This document shows positions 1 to 8,819 of a stretch of 32,000 nucleotides of DNA, in pieces. Numbering within the stretch: position 1 is the stretch's first letter; each line of letters opens with the position of its first letter. Source of the stretch: an uncultured Methanosarcinales archaeon (GTDB lineage Archaea > Nanobdellota > Nanobdellia > Woesearchaeales > JABIAG01); contig CAZLQZ010000007.1 in assembly GCA_964561995.1 (NCBI GenBank), forward strand, positions 9,769-41,768. Direction: 5' to 3'. The notes beneath the pieces are model-generated. The model did not search any database. It saw only the letters and a list, made by a program, of their open reading frames with translations, and was not told the origin of the DNA. The position numbers were made by a program, and so were the translations under genes.

Positions 1-1
1 T

Positions 2-298
2 AAGGTTGATATTGCGGATTGGTTACTTTTTTCTTGTCAAGAAATGTCTAAAATCTTATTATTTAAAGATCAATTAAAAGATATAATTAAAATAAGACAA
101 AGGTTAAAGTATGGAGTTAAAGAAGAATTATTGCCATTAGTTAGATTAAAGGGTATTGGAAAGTCTAGAGCAAGAATTATGTATAATAATGGTGTAAAAG
201 ATATTAAAGGATTAAATAACATCGATATTACTTCATTAAAACAATTAATTGGTGAAAAAACTGCATTAAAAATTAAGAAACAATTATCACAAGGATAG
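2..298 (+). CDS. Hel308/Ski2-type DNA helicase, C-terminal fragment (5' end lies outside the window)
   Basis: Frame 2 is open from the window edge to TAG at 296-298. The tail LVRLKGIGKSRARIMYNNGVKDIKGL...LIGEKTALKIKKQL looks like the helix-hairpin-helix domain 5 that ends archaeal Hel308 helicases. Confidence 0.6.
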   Translation, partial: KVDIADWLLFSCQEMSKILLFKDQLKDIIKIRQRLKYGVKEELLPLVRLKGIGKSRARIMYNNGVKDIKGLNNIDITSLKQLIGEKTALKIKKQLSQG

Positions 299-433
299 AA
301 TTTTTTTTAGTTCTTCATTTTGTCCTTTTAATTCTTCACATTTCATACAATAAAAATATGCATCTGAATCTTTTTTTTCTAGTTTTTCTCCACAAATTTT
401 ACAAACTTTTTTTTCATTATTTAGAAGGTCCAT
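287..433 (-). CDS. Small zinc-ribbon protein, 48 aa, below the ORF-track length cutoff
   Basis: Hand translation gives MDLLNNEKKVCKICGEKLEKKDSDAYFYCMKCEELKGQNEELKKILSL with CxxC-N14-CxxC. The ATG at 431-433 overlaps the end of the upstream gene by 17 nt and the TGA is at 287-289. A G-rich stretch (tggggcgag) lies upstream of the ATG. Confidence 0.4.
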   Translation of the reverse strand: MDLLNNEKKVCKICGEKLEKKDSDAYFYCMKCEELKGQNEELKKILSL

Positions 434-725
434 TTTTCTCGCCCCATTTTGATATTGCATATATTGCAGATACGCATATTAAAGTTACAATAATTGCAGC
501 AACAATTCTTATCATATACCCATCTCCTCTAAGATTCATACTTTTAACCATTTTGTTGACTGATTCAACAACAATATCTTTCCAATATAGTGCTAAAATA
601 AAACCAAATGCTGCACTCATTGCAGTTGCAACACTAGTTCTAAACTTATTTTTGATACTAATTGCATGATCAATAACTTCTTCATCCATTGTTGTATTGT
701 CTAAAACTTTTTTTATTTTGTCCAT
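417..725 (-). CDS. Small two-TM membrane protein (DUF5654-like), function unknown
   Basis: 102-aa ORF with two hydrophobic segments (SVATAMSAAFGFILALYWKDIV and IRIVAAIIVTLICVSAIYAI). It starts 1 nt after the stop of the upstream gene, which suggests an operon. Confidence 0.55.
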   Translation of the reverse strand: MDKIKKVLDNTTMDEEVIDHAISIKNKFRTSVATAMSAAFGFILALYWKDIVVESVNKMVKSMNLRGDGYMIRIVAAIIVTLICVSAIYAISKWGEKNGPSK

Positions 726-726
726 T

Positions 727-1278
727 TTATAATGTTTTATCGATAATTTTCTTTATTTTTTGTTTTTGTTTGTCGTCTAGTTTCATTGCAAAATCAATTT
801 GATATACTTTTGATTTAATTCCGCAAAAACCTAATATTTCTTTACGAATATTTTTTATAAATCTTCCTCTTTCAAATAACCATGAAAATAATTTTGGGGC
901 ACCAGTTGTTACAAAAACAATTGCTTCTTTTCCTTTTAATAAGCCAGTTGGTATTTTGTTATCATATTTAAAAGCAAATCCCGATACAAAAACTCTATCT
1001 ATCCAACCTTTTAATATTGCAGGCATTGCTCCCCACCATATTGGGTAAATGAAAATCAATCTATCTGCCTTTTTTATTTGTTCTTGAAATATTTTATTTT
1101 GCTTTGTTATTTTTTTATTTCCAATAGTGTATAATTCATCTTCATGTAAAACGGGGTCATAACCCACACTGTATAAATCTATTAATTCAAAACTTTTGAG
1201 TTTTTTTATAACTTGTTTTAAAATCTCTGGACAATGTCCATTAGTCTTAGGATGTGAATAAATTATTAGATTTTTCAT
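727..1278 (-). CDS. Flavodoxin-like fold NAD(P)H dehydrogenase (quinone), FMN reductase family
   Basis: N-terminal MKNLIIYSHPK and the FIYPIWWGAMPAILKGWIDRVF block are characteristic of the Flavodoxin_2 / NQO1-YwrO-KefF-like family. Confidence 0.75.
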   Translation of the reverse strand: MKNLIIYSHPKTNGHCPEILKQVIKKLKSFELIDLYSVGYDPVLHEDELYTIGNKKITKQNKIFQEQIKKADRLIFIYPIWWGAMPAILKGWIDRVFVSGFAFKYDNKIPTGLLKGKEAIVFVTTGAPKLFSWLFERGRFIKNIRKEILGFCGIKSKVYQIDFAMKLDDKQKQKIKKIIDKTL

Positions 1279-1330
1279 TTTGATTAATATTCGAAAGATT
1301 AATTAATAAAGGTTGTGTTAAATTGTTTAA

Positions 1331-1675
1331 ATGGGTGGAAAAAAGACACTTTTATGGGCTCCAAGAATAATTTCAATAATTTTTATATTGTTTATTAGTT
1401 TGTTTGCTTTGGATATTTTTACTGAAGGTTATTCTTTTTTAGAATTAATTGTGGGTTTGTTTATGCACTTAATTCCTACTTTTGTTTTAATTGGTTTAAC
1501 TGTTTTAGCGTGGAAAAAAGAAAAAATAGGTGGAATTGCTTTTTTAATTTTAGCTGTAGGATTTACTGTTTTTTTTAATACTTATAGAGAATTAATTACT
1601 TTTTTACTTATTTCTGGACCTGTTTTTTTAGTTGGAATTTTATATTTATTAAATTCTTATTTTACTCGTACCTAA
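1331..1675 (+). CDS. Integral membrane protein, about 4 TM segments, unknown function
   Basis: 114-aa ORF that is almost entirely hydrophobic helices. Its 3' end overlaps the convergent permease gene by 14 nt. Confidence 0.5.
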   Translation: MGGKKTLLWAPRIISIIFILFISLFALDIFTEGYSFLELIVGLFMHLIPTFVLIGLTVLAWKKEKIGGIAFLILAVGFTVFFNTYRELITFLLISGPVFLVGILYLLNSYFTRT

Positions 1676-2870
1676 GTGCTTCTGTTGGTTTTAATTTAGA
1701 TGCTCGATAAGCAGGCATAACTCCTGATATTGCCCCTACAATAGAAGAAAAGCCCAATGCGCCTACAATTAATAATGGCGGGAAGGATGCTTTTATTACT
1801 GAGTTTCCAGTTAAAGCAATTGCATATTCTACCAGTTCTCCAATGCCCATGCCTAATAGAACTCCAATTGCTCCTCCAGCAAGTCCTAATAAACCTGATT
1901 CAACTAAAAATAACATTCCTATATCAATATTTCTTGCACCTATTGCTTTCATAACTCCTATTTCTGAAGTTCTTTCAAGTACGGAAGTATACATAGTATT
2001 CATAATTCCTATTCCTCCAACAATTAATGAAATGCTTGCAATTCCTAATAAAAATACATTTAAAATGTCTAAAACATCTGTAATTGTTGATAAAAAGTCT
2101 TCTGCAGTTGATACTGAAAAATCTTCTTTTCCTTCTTCAACATTTCTAAAATTTCTTAAGTTTTTTTCAATTCTTTCTGAAACTATATGTGGGTCTTGAA
2201 CTGACTGAGCAACAATCATATCATATTTTTCTCCAACATCAAATAGCTCTCTCATTATTTCTTCTGAAAAAAATACACTTGAATCGTCTTCACTACTTCC
2301 AATACTTTCGTAAATTCCAACAACTTTAAAATCTTCATCATTAATTTTAATTTTATCTCTGATTTTTATGTTAGGTTTAAATAAATTATTATATGCAAAT
2401 CTGCTACCTAGAACAACTTTTCTTTTATCTCCTTTTTTAATGTCTCTTCCTTGTTCAATTTCAAAATAAGCAAATTCTTTGTATAGTTCATAGCCTTCAT
2501 CGGGAATGCTACTTGCTAAATGATAACGGACTTGATCATTATATTCTACTTTAATGCTTTTTACAATCATTCCTGCGGCGTCATTAACGCCTAATGTGCT
2601 TCTAACTTCATTTAGATCATCTTTAGTCAATTCTGCAGTAGATATATCTGCTCCCGGTGCACCAAATGTTCCACTAGGTTGTATTATTATTTTATCTGTT
2701 CCTAGAATTTCAAATTGTTCTTCAACTGATGATTTTAAACCTTGACCTACGCTTAATATGGATACTATTGCAGCAATTCCTATGAAAATTCCAAGCATTG
2801 TTAGCCAACTTCTTAATTTTCTTTTACTTAAATTATTAATTCCTAGTTTTAACACTTCTTCAAAATTCAT
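1662..2870 (-). CDS. ABC transporter permease, FtsX/MacB type (second of two)
   Basis: Has an N-terminal TM (LRSWLTMLGIFIGIAAIV), a large extracytoplasmic MacB-type domain and a C-terminal FtsX 3-TM bundle with TSVLERTSEIGVMKAIGA. The ATG overlaps the upstream stop (ATGA). Confidence 0.9.
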   Translation of the reverse strand: MNFEEVLKLGINNLSKRKLRSWLTMLGIFIGIAAIVSILSVGQGLKSSVEEQFEILGTDKIIIQPSGTFGAPGADISTAELTKDDLNEVRSTLGVNDAAGMIVKSIKVEYNDQVRYHLASSIPDEGYELYKEFAYFEIEQGRDIKKGDKRKVVLGSRFAYNNLFKPNIKIRDKIKINDEDFKVVGIYESIGSSEDDSSVFFSEEIMRELFDVGEKYDMIVAQSVQDPHIVSERIEKNLRNFRNVEEGKEDFSVSTAEDFLSTITDVLDILNVFLLGIASISLIVGGIGIMNTMYTSVLERTSEIGVMKAIGARNIDIGMLFLVESGLLGLAGGAIGVLLGMGIGELVEYAIALTGNSVIKASFPPLLIVGALGFSSIVGAISGVMPAYRASKLKPTEALRYE

Positions 2871-4084
2871 TTTCTAAGTGCCTCTACTGGCGGTAATAGA
2901 GATGCTTGTCTTGCGGGAATAATTCCTGATAAAGTGCCTACAACAAATCCAAAAGCTAAACTTCCTATAATTAAAACAAGGCTAAAATGTGGTTGTAAAA
3001 TCCCTTCTCCGATTAATTTACTTCCAACGATTTCAACAATTTTTGAAAAAGAAACTCCTAAAATAACTCCGATAATACTTCCAAATAATCCTAAACTTCC
3101 TGATTCTATTAAAAATATTGTTAGTATTGAATTATTTCTTGCTCCAACCGCTTTCATAATTCCTATTTCTTTTCTTCTTTCTAATACTGAAGTAAACATG
3201 GTGTTTGCAATACCTATTCCTCCAACTAATAAACTAATTGCAGCAATTCCAACAATTACTGATTGAATCATGTTAAGAACTGTATTAAAGGTTTCAACCG
3301 ATTGTTGCGGAGTTTGAACACTAAAATCTTCTTTTCCTTTTTCAACATTTCTTGAATTTCTTAATTCTTTTTTTGTATTCTCTGATACTTGTTCAATGTT
3401 ATTAACATTACTTACTTGTCCAATAATTATATCTACTTCATCTTTAATGTTTAACAAACTAGTCATTACTTTTTCATTCATATAAATAATGCTATTATAT
3501 TGTGGGTTGGATGAACGTTCAATAAAACCAACTATTGAAAAATCTTGTCCGTTTATAATTAATTTATCTCCAAGTTTAACATCTTTTTCAAATAAGTTTT
3601 TATCCAAATAATCATAACCCAATACAACTTTAAAATTGTCTGAAGATTTTAATAATCTTCCTTCAATTGCTTCTAAGTTCATTGCATCAATGACTAATTT
3701 TCTTTCATCAGGTGGTTCTGGAAGATTAACAAGAAATCCAAATCTTTGGATATCATTAAATTCTACAGTAGTACTTCTAATTAATCTATTAGATACTACT
3801 TTAAAACCTTTAATTCCTCTAACAATATTTAAATCTTTTTCAGTTAATCTTTTAACGGCAGTACTTCCCGGAGGTGCAAAACCAACACTTGCTGCTTGTA
3901 TTGTTAATTTATCTGTTCCTGCTTGAGAAAATTGTTCAGTTATGGCTCCTCTTAATCCATCTCCTAAAGAAACTAATGAAACAACAGCTGCAATGCCTAT
4001 AAAAATTCCTAATAAAGTTAACCAACTTCTTAAACTTCTATGCCTCAAACTTCTTAGAGCTATGTTAATATAATCTTCAAGCAT
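2867..4084 (-). CDS. ABC transporter permease, FtsX/MacB type (first of two)
   Basis: Same architecture as 1662-2870 (LRSWLTLLGIFIGIAAVV ... TSVLERRKEIGIMKAVGA). The start overlaps the stop of the upstream gene by 1 nt. Confidence 0.9.
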   Translation of the reverse strand: MLEDYINIALRSLRHRSLRSWLTLLGIFIGIAAVVSLVSLGDGLRGAITEQFSQAGTDKLTIQAASVGFAPPGSTAVKRLTEKDLNIVRGIKGFKVVSNRLIRSTTVEFNDIQRFGFLVNLPEPPDERKLVIDAMNLEAIEGRLLKSSDNFKVVLGYDYLDKNLFEKDVKLGDKLIINGQDFSIVGFIERSSNPQYNSIIYMNEKVMTSLLNIKDEVDIIIGQVSNVNNIEQVSENTKKELRNSRNVEKGKEDFSVQTPQQSVETFNTVLNMIQSVIVGIAAISLLVGGIGIANTMFTSVLERRKEIGIMKAVGARNNSILTIFLIESGSLGLFGSIIGVILGVSFSKIVEIVGSKLIGEGILQPHFSLVLIIGSLAFGFVVGTLSGIIPARQASLLPPVEALRK

Positions 4085-5421
4085 TATGAACTCTTTCTTT
4101 TAATGAGAAAGTAATATAGTATTGCACCAAATATTGTTGTAAGTATTAAAATTGCAAACCAACTTAGTTTTTGATATCTTACCATTTTTTTAGGTATTAA
4201 ATCAAATAACATGTATAACCAAAATATTAATGCAAATATTAAGAAAACAAAACTTACATAAGTTCCTATGAAATTTCCAGTCGGTTTTAATCCTAATTTT
4301 CTTGCTTCACCTGATGAATATAAAGGTAAAAATAATTCTACGTTTTCTTCGTATTCATTGTTTAAACCATCTTTGTAGTTTAATTTTAAATTTAATGGGA
4401 CTGAATCTTTTTTAGATTTTACATAAACATCAAAATTTGCAGTTTCAAAATCATCAGAATCGACATTTCCTAAATATATTTCTCTATTTCCTACAACTCT
4501 ATAATCTTCATTATCTTCTAAAGTTGCTTTCATAAATTTTATTTCTTCAACTCCAATATTTGATATTGTAATTGAGATCTGTCCTTTATCTCCTGAAACA
4601 ACAACTTCTGTTTCTTCAATATTTTTAATTAGTTGAGGTTCTTCTAAAAGTATTATTCCAAAACTTGTATCTTTTGAATGCTCAGTTCCTTCATTGTCAC
4701 TAAAATCTATTTTTATTGGAACATTTAATATGGTTGCTTCGGTATTTCCTTTTGATATTAATGAAAAGGATATATTTTGTGTTTGACCTGCGTCTATAAA
4801 TTTTAAATATTTTATATCACTTGACTCAATTGATATTAAATCCTCTGAATTCAAATTAAATTTAAGATTATTAATGAATGTATCTGCAATGTTTTCTATT
4901 TCAATAACTAGTTCAAATTTTTGTCCAGGATTTGGATTTTCAGGTATAGTTTTAACATCTTTAATATTTAGAAATGAATCTTGTGTTTTAATTCTTACGT
5001 TAAGGTCCTTATAAATCCAGGCATTATTACCCCATTTATATCTTACTCTTAGTTCATTATCACCTTCTACTGCCTGTGGATTAACTCGTATTCTCCAATC
5101 TGCAATTATACCTTTTTCATTATAATTACCGCTTCCAATACTTCCATATTCTTTAACTGATTTTTGAGTAACATCTAAAGAGAAAGGATATTCTGGTAAA
5201 ACTTCAATTTCAAAATCATTTAATGATTCTACACCATTATTTTCTATTTTTATTCTAACTTCAACATAATTTCCAGGAGTTACTGGATTTGGTAATTGTG
5301 AATATAAATAAACATTTGCACTATATCCTGATGTGACTCTTGTTTCTGCAGCACTAACTAAGCTAATACATAAAATTAACATAAATAGTAGGATTATTTT
5401 TTTCATATTCATTTTTATCAT
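4084..5421 (-). CDS. Secreted, membrane-anchored COG1361/CARDB-like beta-sandwich repeat protein with a C-terminal PLDc_N-like 2-TM module
   Basis: Has a signal peptide (KKIILLFMLILCISLVSAAE) and repeated beta-rich modules (VEVRIKIENNG, FELVIEIENI, ISITISNIG). The C-terminus WLYMLFDLIPKK...LSWFAILILTTIFGAILYYFLIKRK resembles the short PLD-nuclease N-terminal membrane domain. GAGGT lies upstream of the ATG. Confidence 0.65.
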   Translation of the reverse strand: MIKMNMKKIILLFMLILCISLVSAAETRVTSGYSANVYLYSQLPNPVTPGNYVEVRIKIENNGVESLNDFEIEVLPEYPFSLDVTQKSVKEYGSIGSGNYNEKGIIADWRIRVNPQAVEGDNELRVRYKWGNNAWIYKDLNVRIKTQDSFLNIKDVKTIPENPNPGQKFELVIEIENIADTFINNLKFNLNSEDLISIESSDIKYLKFIDAGQTQNISFSLISKGNTEATILNVPIKIDFSDNEGTEHSKDTSFGIILLEEPQLIKNIEETEVVVSGDKGQISITISNIGVEEIKFMKATLEDNEDYRVVGNREIYLGNVDSDDFETANFDVYVKSKKDSVPLNLKLNYKDGLNNEYEENVELFLPLYSSGEARKLGLKPTGNFIGTYVSFVFLIFALIFWLYMLFDLIPKKMVRYQKLSWFAILILTTIFGAILYYFLIKRKSS

Positions 5422-5464
5422 TTACCTCTTTTTATATGTTTTGGTTTATTAAATTAATTTTTAT

Positions 5465-6154
5465 TTATTTTCCTTTGTAAGTTTTTGTTATTTCGCCATC
5501 TTTTAGGAATTCAACTCTGTCTGCATGTTTGGCAGTATCTTCATCGTGAGTTACCATTATAATTGTTTTACCTTCTTTTTTGTTTAAGTCGTCTAAAAAA
5601 TGCATAACATTGATTCCTGTTTTACTGTCTAAATTTCCTGTTGGTTCATCTGCTAAAACTACATCGGGATCGTTAGCTAATGCTCTTGCAATTGCAACTC
5701 TTTGTTGTTGTCCGCCAGACATTTCAGTAGGCCTATTGTCCATTCTATCGCCCAAATCTACTTTATTAAGTAATTCTTCTGCTCTTTTTATTCTTTCAAT
5801 TCGGGGCATGTTTTGAAATGTCATAGGCAACATTACATTTTCTTTTGCAGTTAAAGTATTAATTAAATTAAATTGTTGAAATACAAATCCAATCTTTTCT
5901 CCTCTTATTGTTGCGAGATTAGATTCAGATAATGTTGCAATATCGATTCCATCTAAAAAAACTTGACCTTTTGATGGAATGTCTAAACTTCCTATCATAT
6001 TCATTGCAGTACTTTTTCCAGACCCTGATGGACCCATTATAGAAACAAAATCTCCTTTTTTAACAATTAAGTCTAATCCACGTAATGCATTTATCTTTAC
6101 GTCACCAATTTCATATATTTTCCATACATCTCTTAGTTCAATAATAACTTCCAT
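5465..6154 (-). CDS. ABC transporter ATP-binding protein, MacB/LolD type
   Basis: Contains Walker A GPSGSGKST, the Q-loop, the signature MSGGQQQRVAIARAL, Walker B VVLADEPTGNLD and the H-loop VTHD. It is the first gene of the exporter operon. Confidence 0.93.
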   Translation of the reverse strand: MEVIIELRDVWKIYEIGDVKINALRGLDLIVKKGDFVSIMGPSGSGKSTAMNMIGSLDIPSKGQVFLDGIDIATLSESNLATIRGEKIGFVFQQFNLINTLTAKENVMLPMTFQNMPRIERIKRAEELLNKVDLGDRMDNRPTEMSGGQQQRVAIARALANDPDVVLADEPTGNLDSKTGINVMHFLDDLNKKEGKTIIMVTHDEDTAKHADRVEFLKDGEITKTYKGK

Positions 6155-6356
6155 TCATTATTATTTATTAAAAGATGTTTATAAATTATTCGGATTGATT
6201 TATATCTTATTTTTAATATTGTATTACTATGGACTACATTTTAGTTTGTAGCTCCCGATGTACTATATTCGCAAGCTAATATAGCACTCATTGTTAAATG
6301 CACTTCCATAATCTTTTTAAAACCCCATTCTTTAGTTGAAATTGGAGGAGATAAAT

Positions 6357-7979
6357 ATGTCAGAAAAGAATAATCAACCAATATTTGTATTATCAGAAGA
6401 TGCTTTAAGAAACTCAGGGAGAGCTGCTCAAAAAAATAATATTGCTGCTGCTAAAATTGTAGCAGAAACAGTAAGAACAACATTAGGTCCAAAAGGTATG
6501 GATAAAATGTTAGTAAATTCAATTAATGAAGTTATAGTAACTAATGATGGTGTAACAATTTTAGAAGAAATGCAAATTGAACATCCTGCAGCTAAAATGA
6601 TTGTTGAAGTTGCTAAAACTCAAGAAGATGAAATTGGTGATGGTACAACTACTGCTGTAGTTTTTGCAGGTGAATTATTAAAACAAGCAGAATCTTTACT
6701 CGAAAAAAATATTCATCCAACTATTATTGCAAGAGGTTATAGGCAAGCTGCAGACAAAGCTCAATTTGTTCTTAATGTTATTGCTGAAAAAGCTTTACCT
6801 GAAGATCAGGACTTAATTAAGAAGATTGCAATGACTGCTATGACTGGAAAAGGTGCTGAATCTTCTAAAGAAGTTCTTTCTAATTTAGTTGTTAAAGCCG
6901 CGGCTTGTGTTTTTGATGGTGGTTTAGATAGAAAATCTATTAGAATTGAAAAAAAAATAGGAGATAGTGTTGAAGAATCTGAATTAATTAATGGTATTGT
7001 TTTAGATAAAGAAAAAGTTCATCCTTCAATGCCTGATTCAATTTCTGAAGCAAAGATTGCTTTAATTGATACTTCATTAGAAGTAAAAGATACAGAAATG
7101 GATGCTAAAATTTCTATTACTGACCCTTCACAAATGCAAGATTTTCTTGATATGGAAGAAAAAATGATTCGAAGAATGACGGATAAAGTAATTAAGTCCG
7201 GTGCAAATGTCGTTCTTTGTCAAAAAGGAATTGATGATTTAGCTCAACATTATCTTGCTAAAGAAGGAATTTATGCTTGTAGAAGAGTTAAAAAATCTGA
7301 TATGGAAGCATTATCAAAAGCGACAAGTGCTAATATAATTACTAATCTTAATGATTTAACTCAAAAAGATCTTGGAATTGCTGGTGCAGTTGAACAAGTG
7401 AAAGTTAATGATGAAGAGATGACTTATGTTAGAGATTGTGAAAATCCTAAATCTGTTACAATTTTAGTAAGAGGTGGAACAGAACATGTTATTGCTGAAG
7501 TTAAACGTGCTTTAGAAGATGCAATTGGTGATGTTTCTGCTGCTTTGAAAAATCATAAAGTTGTTGCTGGAGCTGGAAGTGTCGAAGTTGAACTTGCTAA
7601 AGAAATTAGAAAATTTGCTGAATCATTATCTGGCAGAGAACAGTTAGCAGTTAAAGCATTTGCTGAAGCATTGGATGTTATTCCTACAACTTTAGCAGAA
7701 AATGCTGGTCTTGATCCAATTGATGTTTTGACTGGATTAAAAGCAGCTCATGATGATGGTAGAAAATGGGCAGGTATTGATGTTTTTTCAGGTAAAGTAA
7801 TTGATGCTTGGGAATGTGGCATTGTTGAACCTTTGAAAATAAAAACTCAAGCTATTAGTTCAGCTACTGAAGTTGCTGTAATGATATTAAGAATTGATGA
7901 TGTTATTGCTGCAGGAAAACCTTCTCAACCTGAAGGAATGCCACCTATGGGCGGAATGCCTCATGGAATGGGAATGTAA
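6357..7979 (+). CDS. ths: Thermosome subunit (group II chaperonin)
   Basis: Contains [22 protein letters not shown] and [12 protein letters not shown] motifs and a Gly/Met-rich tail [14 protein letters not shown]. The start was moved to the ATG at 6357, 7 nt after GGAGGAG. The track start at 6336 is a TTG. Confidence 0.95.
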   Translation: MSEKNNQPIFVLSEDALRNSGRAAQKNNIAAAKIVAETVRTTLGPKGMDKMLVNSINEVIVTNDGVTILEEMQIEHPAAKMIVEVAKTQEDEIGDGTTTAVVFAGELLKQAESLLEKNIHPTIIARGYRQAADKAQFVLNVIAEKALPEDQDLIKKIAMTAMTGKGAESSKEVLSNLVVKAAACVFDGGLDRKSIRIEKKIGDSVEESELINGIVLDKEKVHPSMPDSISEAKIALIDTSLEVKDTEMDAKISITDPSQMQDFLDMEEKMIRRMTDKVIKSGANVVLCQKGIDDLAQHYLAKEGIYACRRVKKSDMEALSKATSANIITNLNDLTQKDLGIAGAVEQVKVNDEEMTYVRDCENPKSVTILVRGGTEHVIAEVKRALEDAIGDVSAALKNHKVVAGAGSVEVELAKEIRKFAESLSGREQLAVKAFAEALDVIPTTLAENAGLDPIDVLTGLKAAHDDGRKWAGIDVFSGKVIDAWECGIVEPLKIKTQAISSATEVAVMILRIDDVIAAGKPSQPEGMPPMGGMPHGMGM

Positions 7980-8708
7980 TTATTTTTTCCAAGCTGACAT
8001 AAAGAAGTCTAAATATTCTTTTGTCAAAGCTTTATTTTTTATTAAAACTGCACAAGGGCCATTCCAATTAATTAGAATTATTTTTTCTTTATATATTCCT
8101 ACGTCACCTGGAAATGAAACATTACTAAATCTTGTTTGCCAGTATTTAGAATTGATAACTTTATGATTTTTCTTAAAGGATTTTTCATTTTTTTTTGATA
8201 TTAATAGATAATCTATTATTTTTCTTTCTTTTTTTAATACTCCTGCCCATTCGTAAAATATTTTTGCATTTTTATCTGAGCTAGATTTTCCAGTTCCATA
8301 TCCATAATTTATGGAATCTGGTGTAAAGTCTGCTAGAAATTCAATATATGCCCCTCTTAATGCTTTCATTCCTTCAAACATTTTAACTTCATTTTTTGTT
8401 TCTGATTTTTTTTGTAGTATTTTCAGTTTATCAATATTATCTTCAATATTTTTCTTTTTTTCATTAAAAAGTGTTAGGATTTTTTCTGGGTCTGAAGCTT
8501 GAAAATATTTTGTTTTTATCTTAGTTATCCAACTTACTAGTTTTTTATTTTCTAATGATTCAAGAATTTCATAAATTTTAGAGTTTGGTACTGTGGATTT
8601 TTTTGATAAAGGTCCAGTTGTTGTTAAACCTAATTCTAATAATGCCAAATAAACTTTTGTTTCTCTTTTTGTCAATCCAACTTCAGATAATAATTCTTTG
8701 ACTTCCAT
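7980..8708 (-). CDS. TrmB-family transcriptional regulator (paralog 1)
   Basis: Has an N-terminal wHTH (GLTKRETKVYLALLELGLTTTGPLSKKSTVPNSKIYEILESLENKKLVSW) plus a roughly 150-aa C-terminal domain. It is divergent from a binding-protein gene, and a TTTAAATA box ends 21 nt upstream of the ATG. Confidence 0.8.
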   Translation of the reverse strand: MEVKELLSEVGLTKRETKVYLALLELGLTTTGPLSKKSTVPNSKIYEILESLENKKLVSWITKIKTKYFQASDPEKILTLFNEKKKNIEDNIDKLKILQKKSETKNEVKMFEGMKALRGAYIEFLADFTPDSINYGYGTGKSSSDKNAKIFYEWAGVLKKERKIIDYLLISKKNEKSFKKNHKVINSKYWQTRFSNVSFPGDVGIYKEKIILINWNGPCAVLIKNKALTKEYLDFFMSAWKK

Positions 8709-8744
8709 TTTATTATTAATTTTACTGAATATTTAAATGTTTTC

Positions 8745-8795
8745 AATTACTACTCCCTTTTGGGGTAATTTATCTTTATAAGTAATTGTTACTTA
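8745..8795. promoter_or_regulatory. Two inverted repeats in the divergent TrmB-1 / SBP-1 intergenic region
   Basis: AATTAC (8745-8750) N14 GTAATT (8765-8770), and TAAGTAA-TTG-TTACTTA (8779-8795). The second overlaps the likely SBP-1 TATA box (ctttataag). Confidence 0.4.
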
Positions 8796-8819
8796 CTTTA
8801 ATTAAAAGAAAAGAGGTGT

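Noticed and set aside
6336-6356. The track start of the thermosome ORF at 6336.
   Set aside because: It is a TTG codon that lies upstream of the GGAGGAG ribosome-binding site. The ATG at 6357 is correctly spaced and gives a normal thermosome N-terminus.
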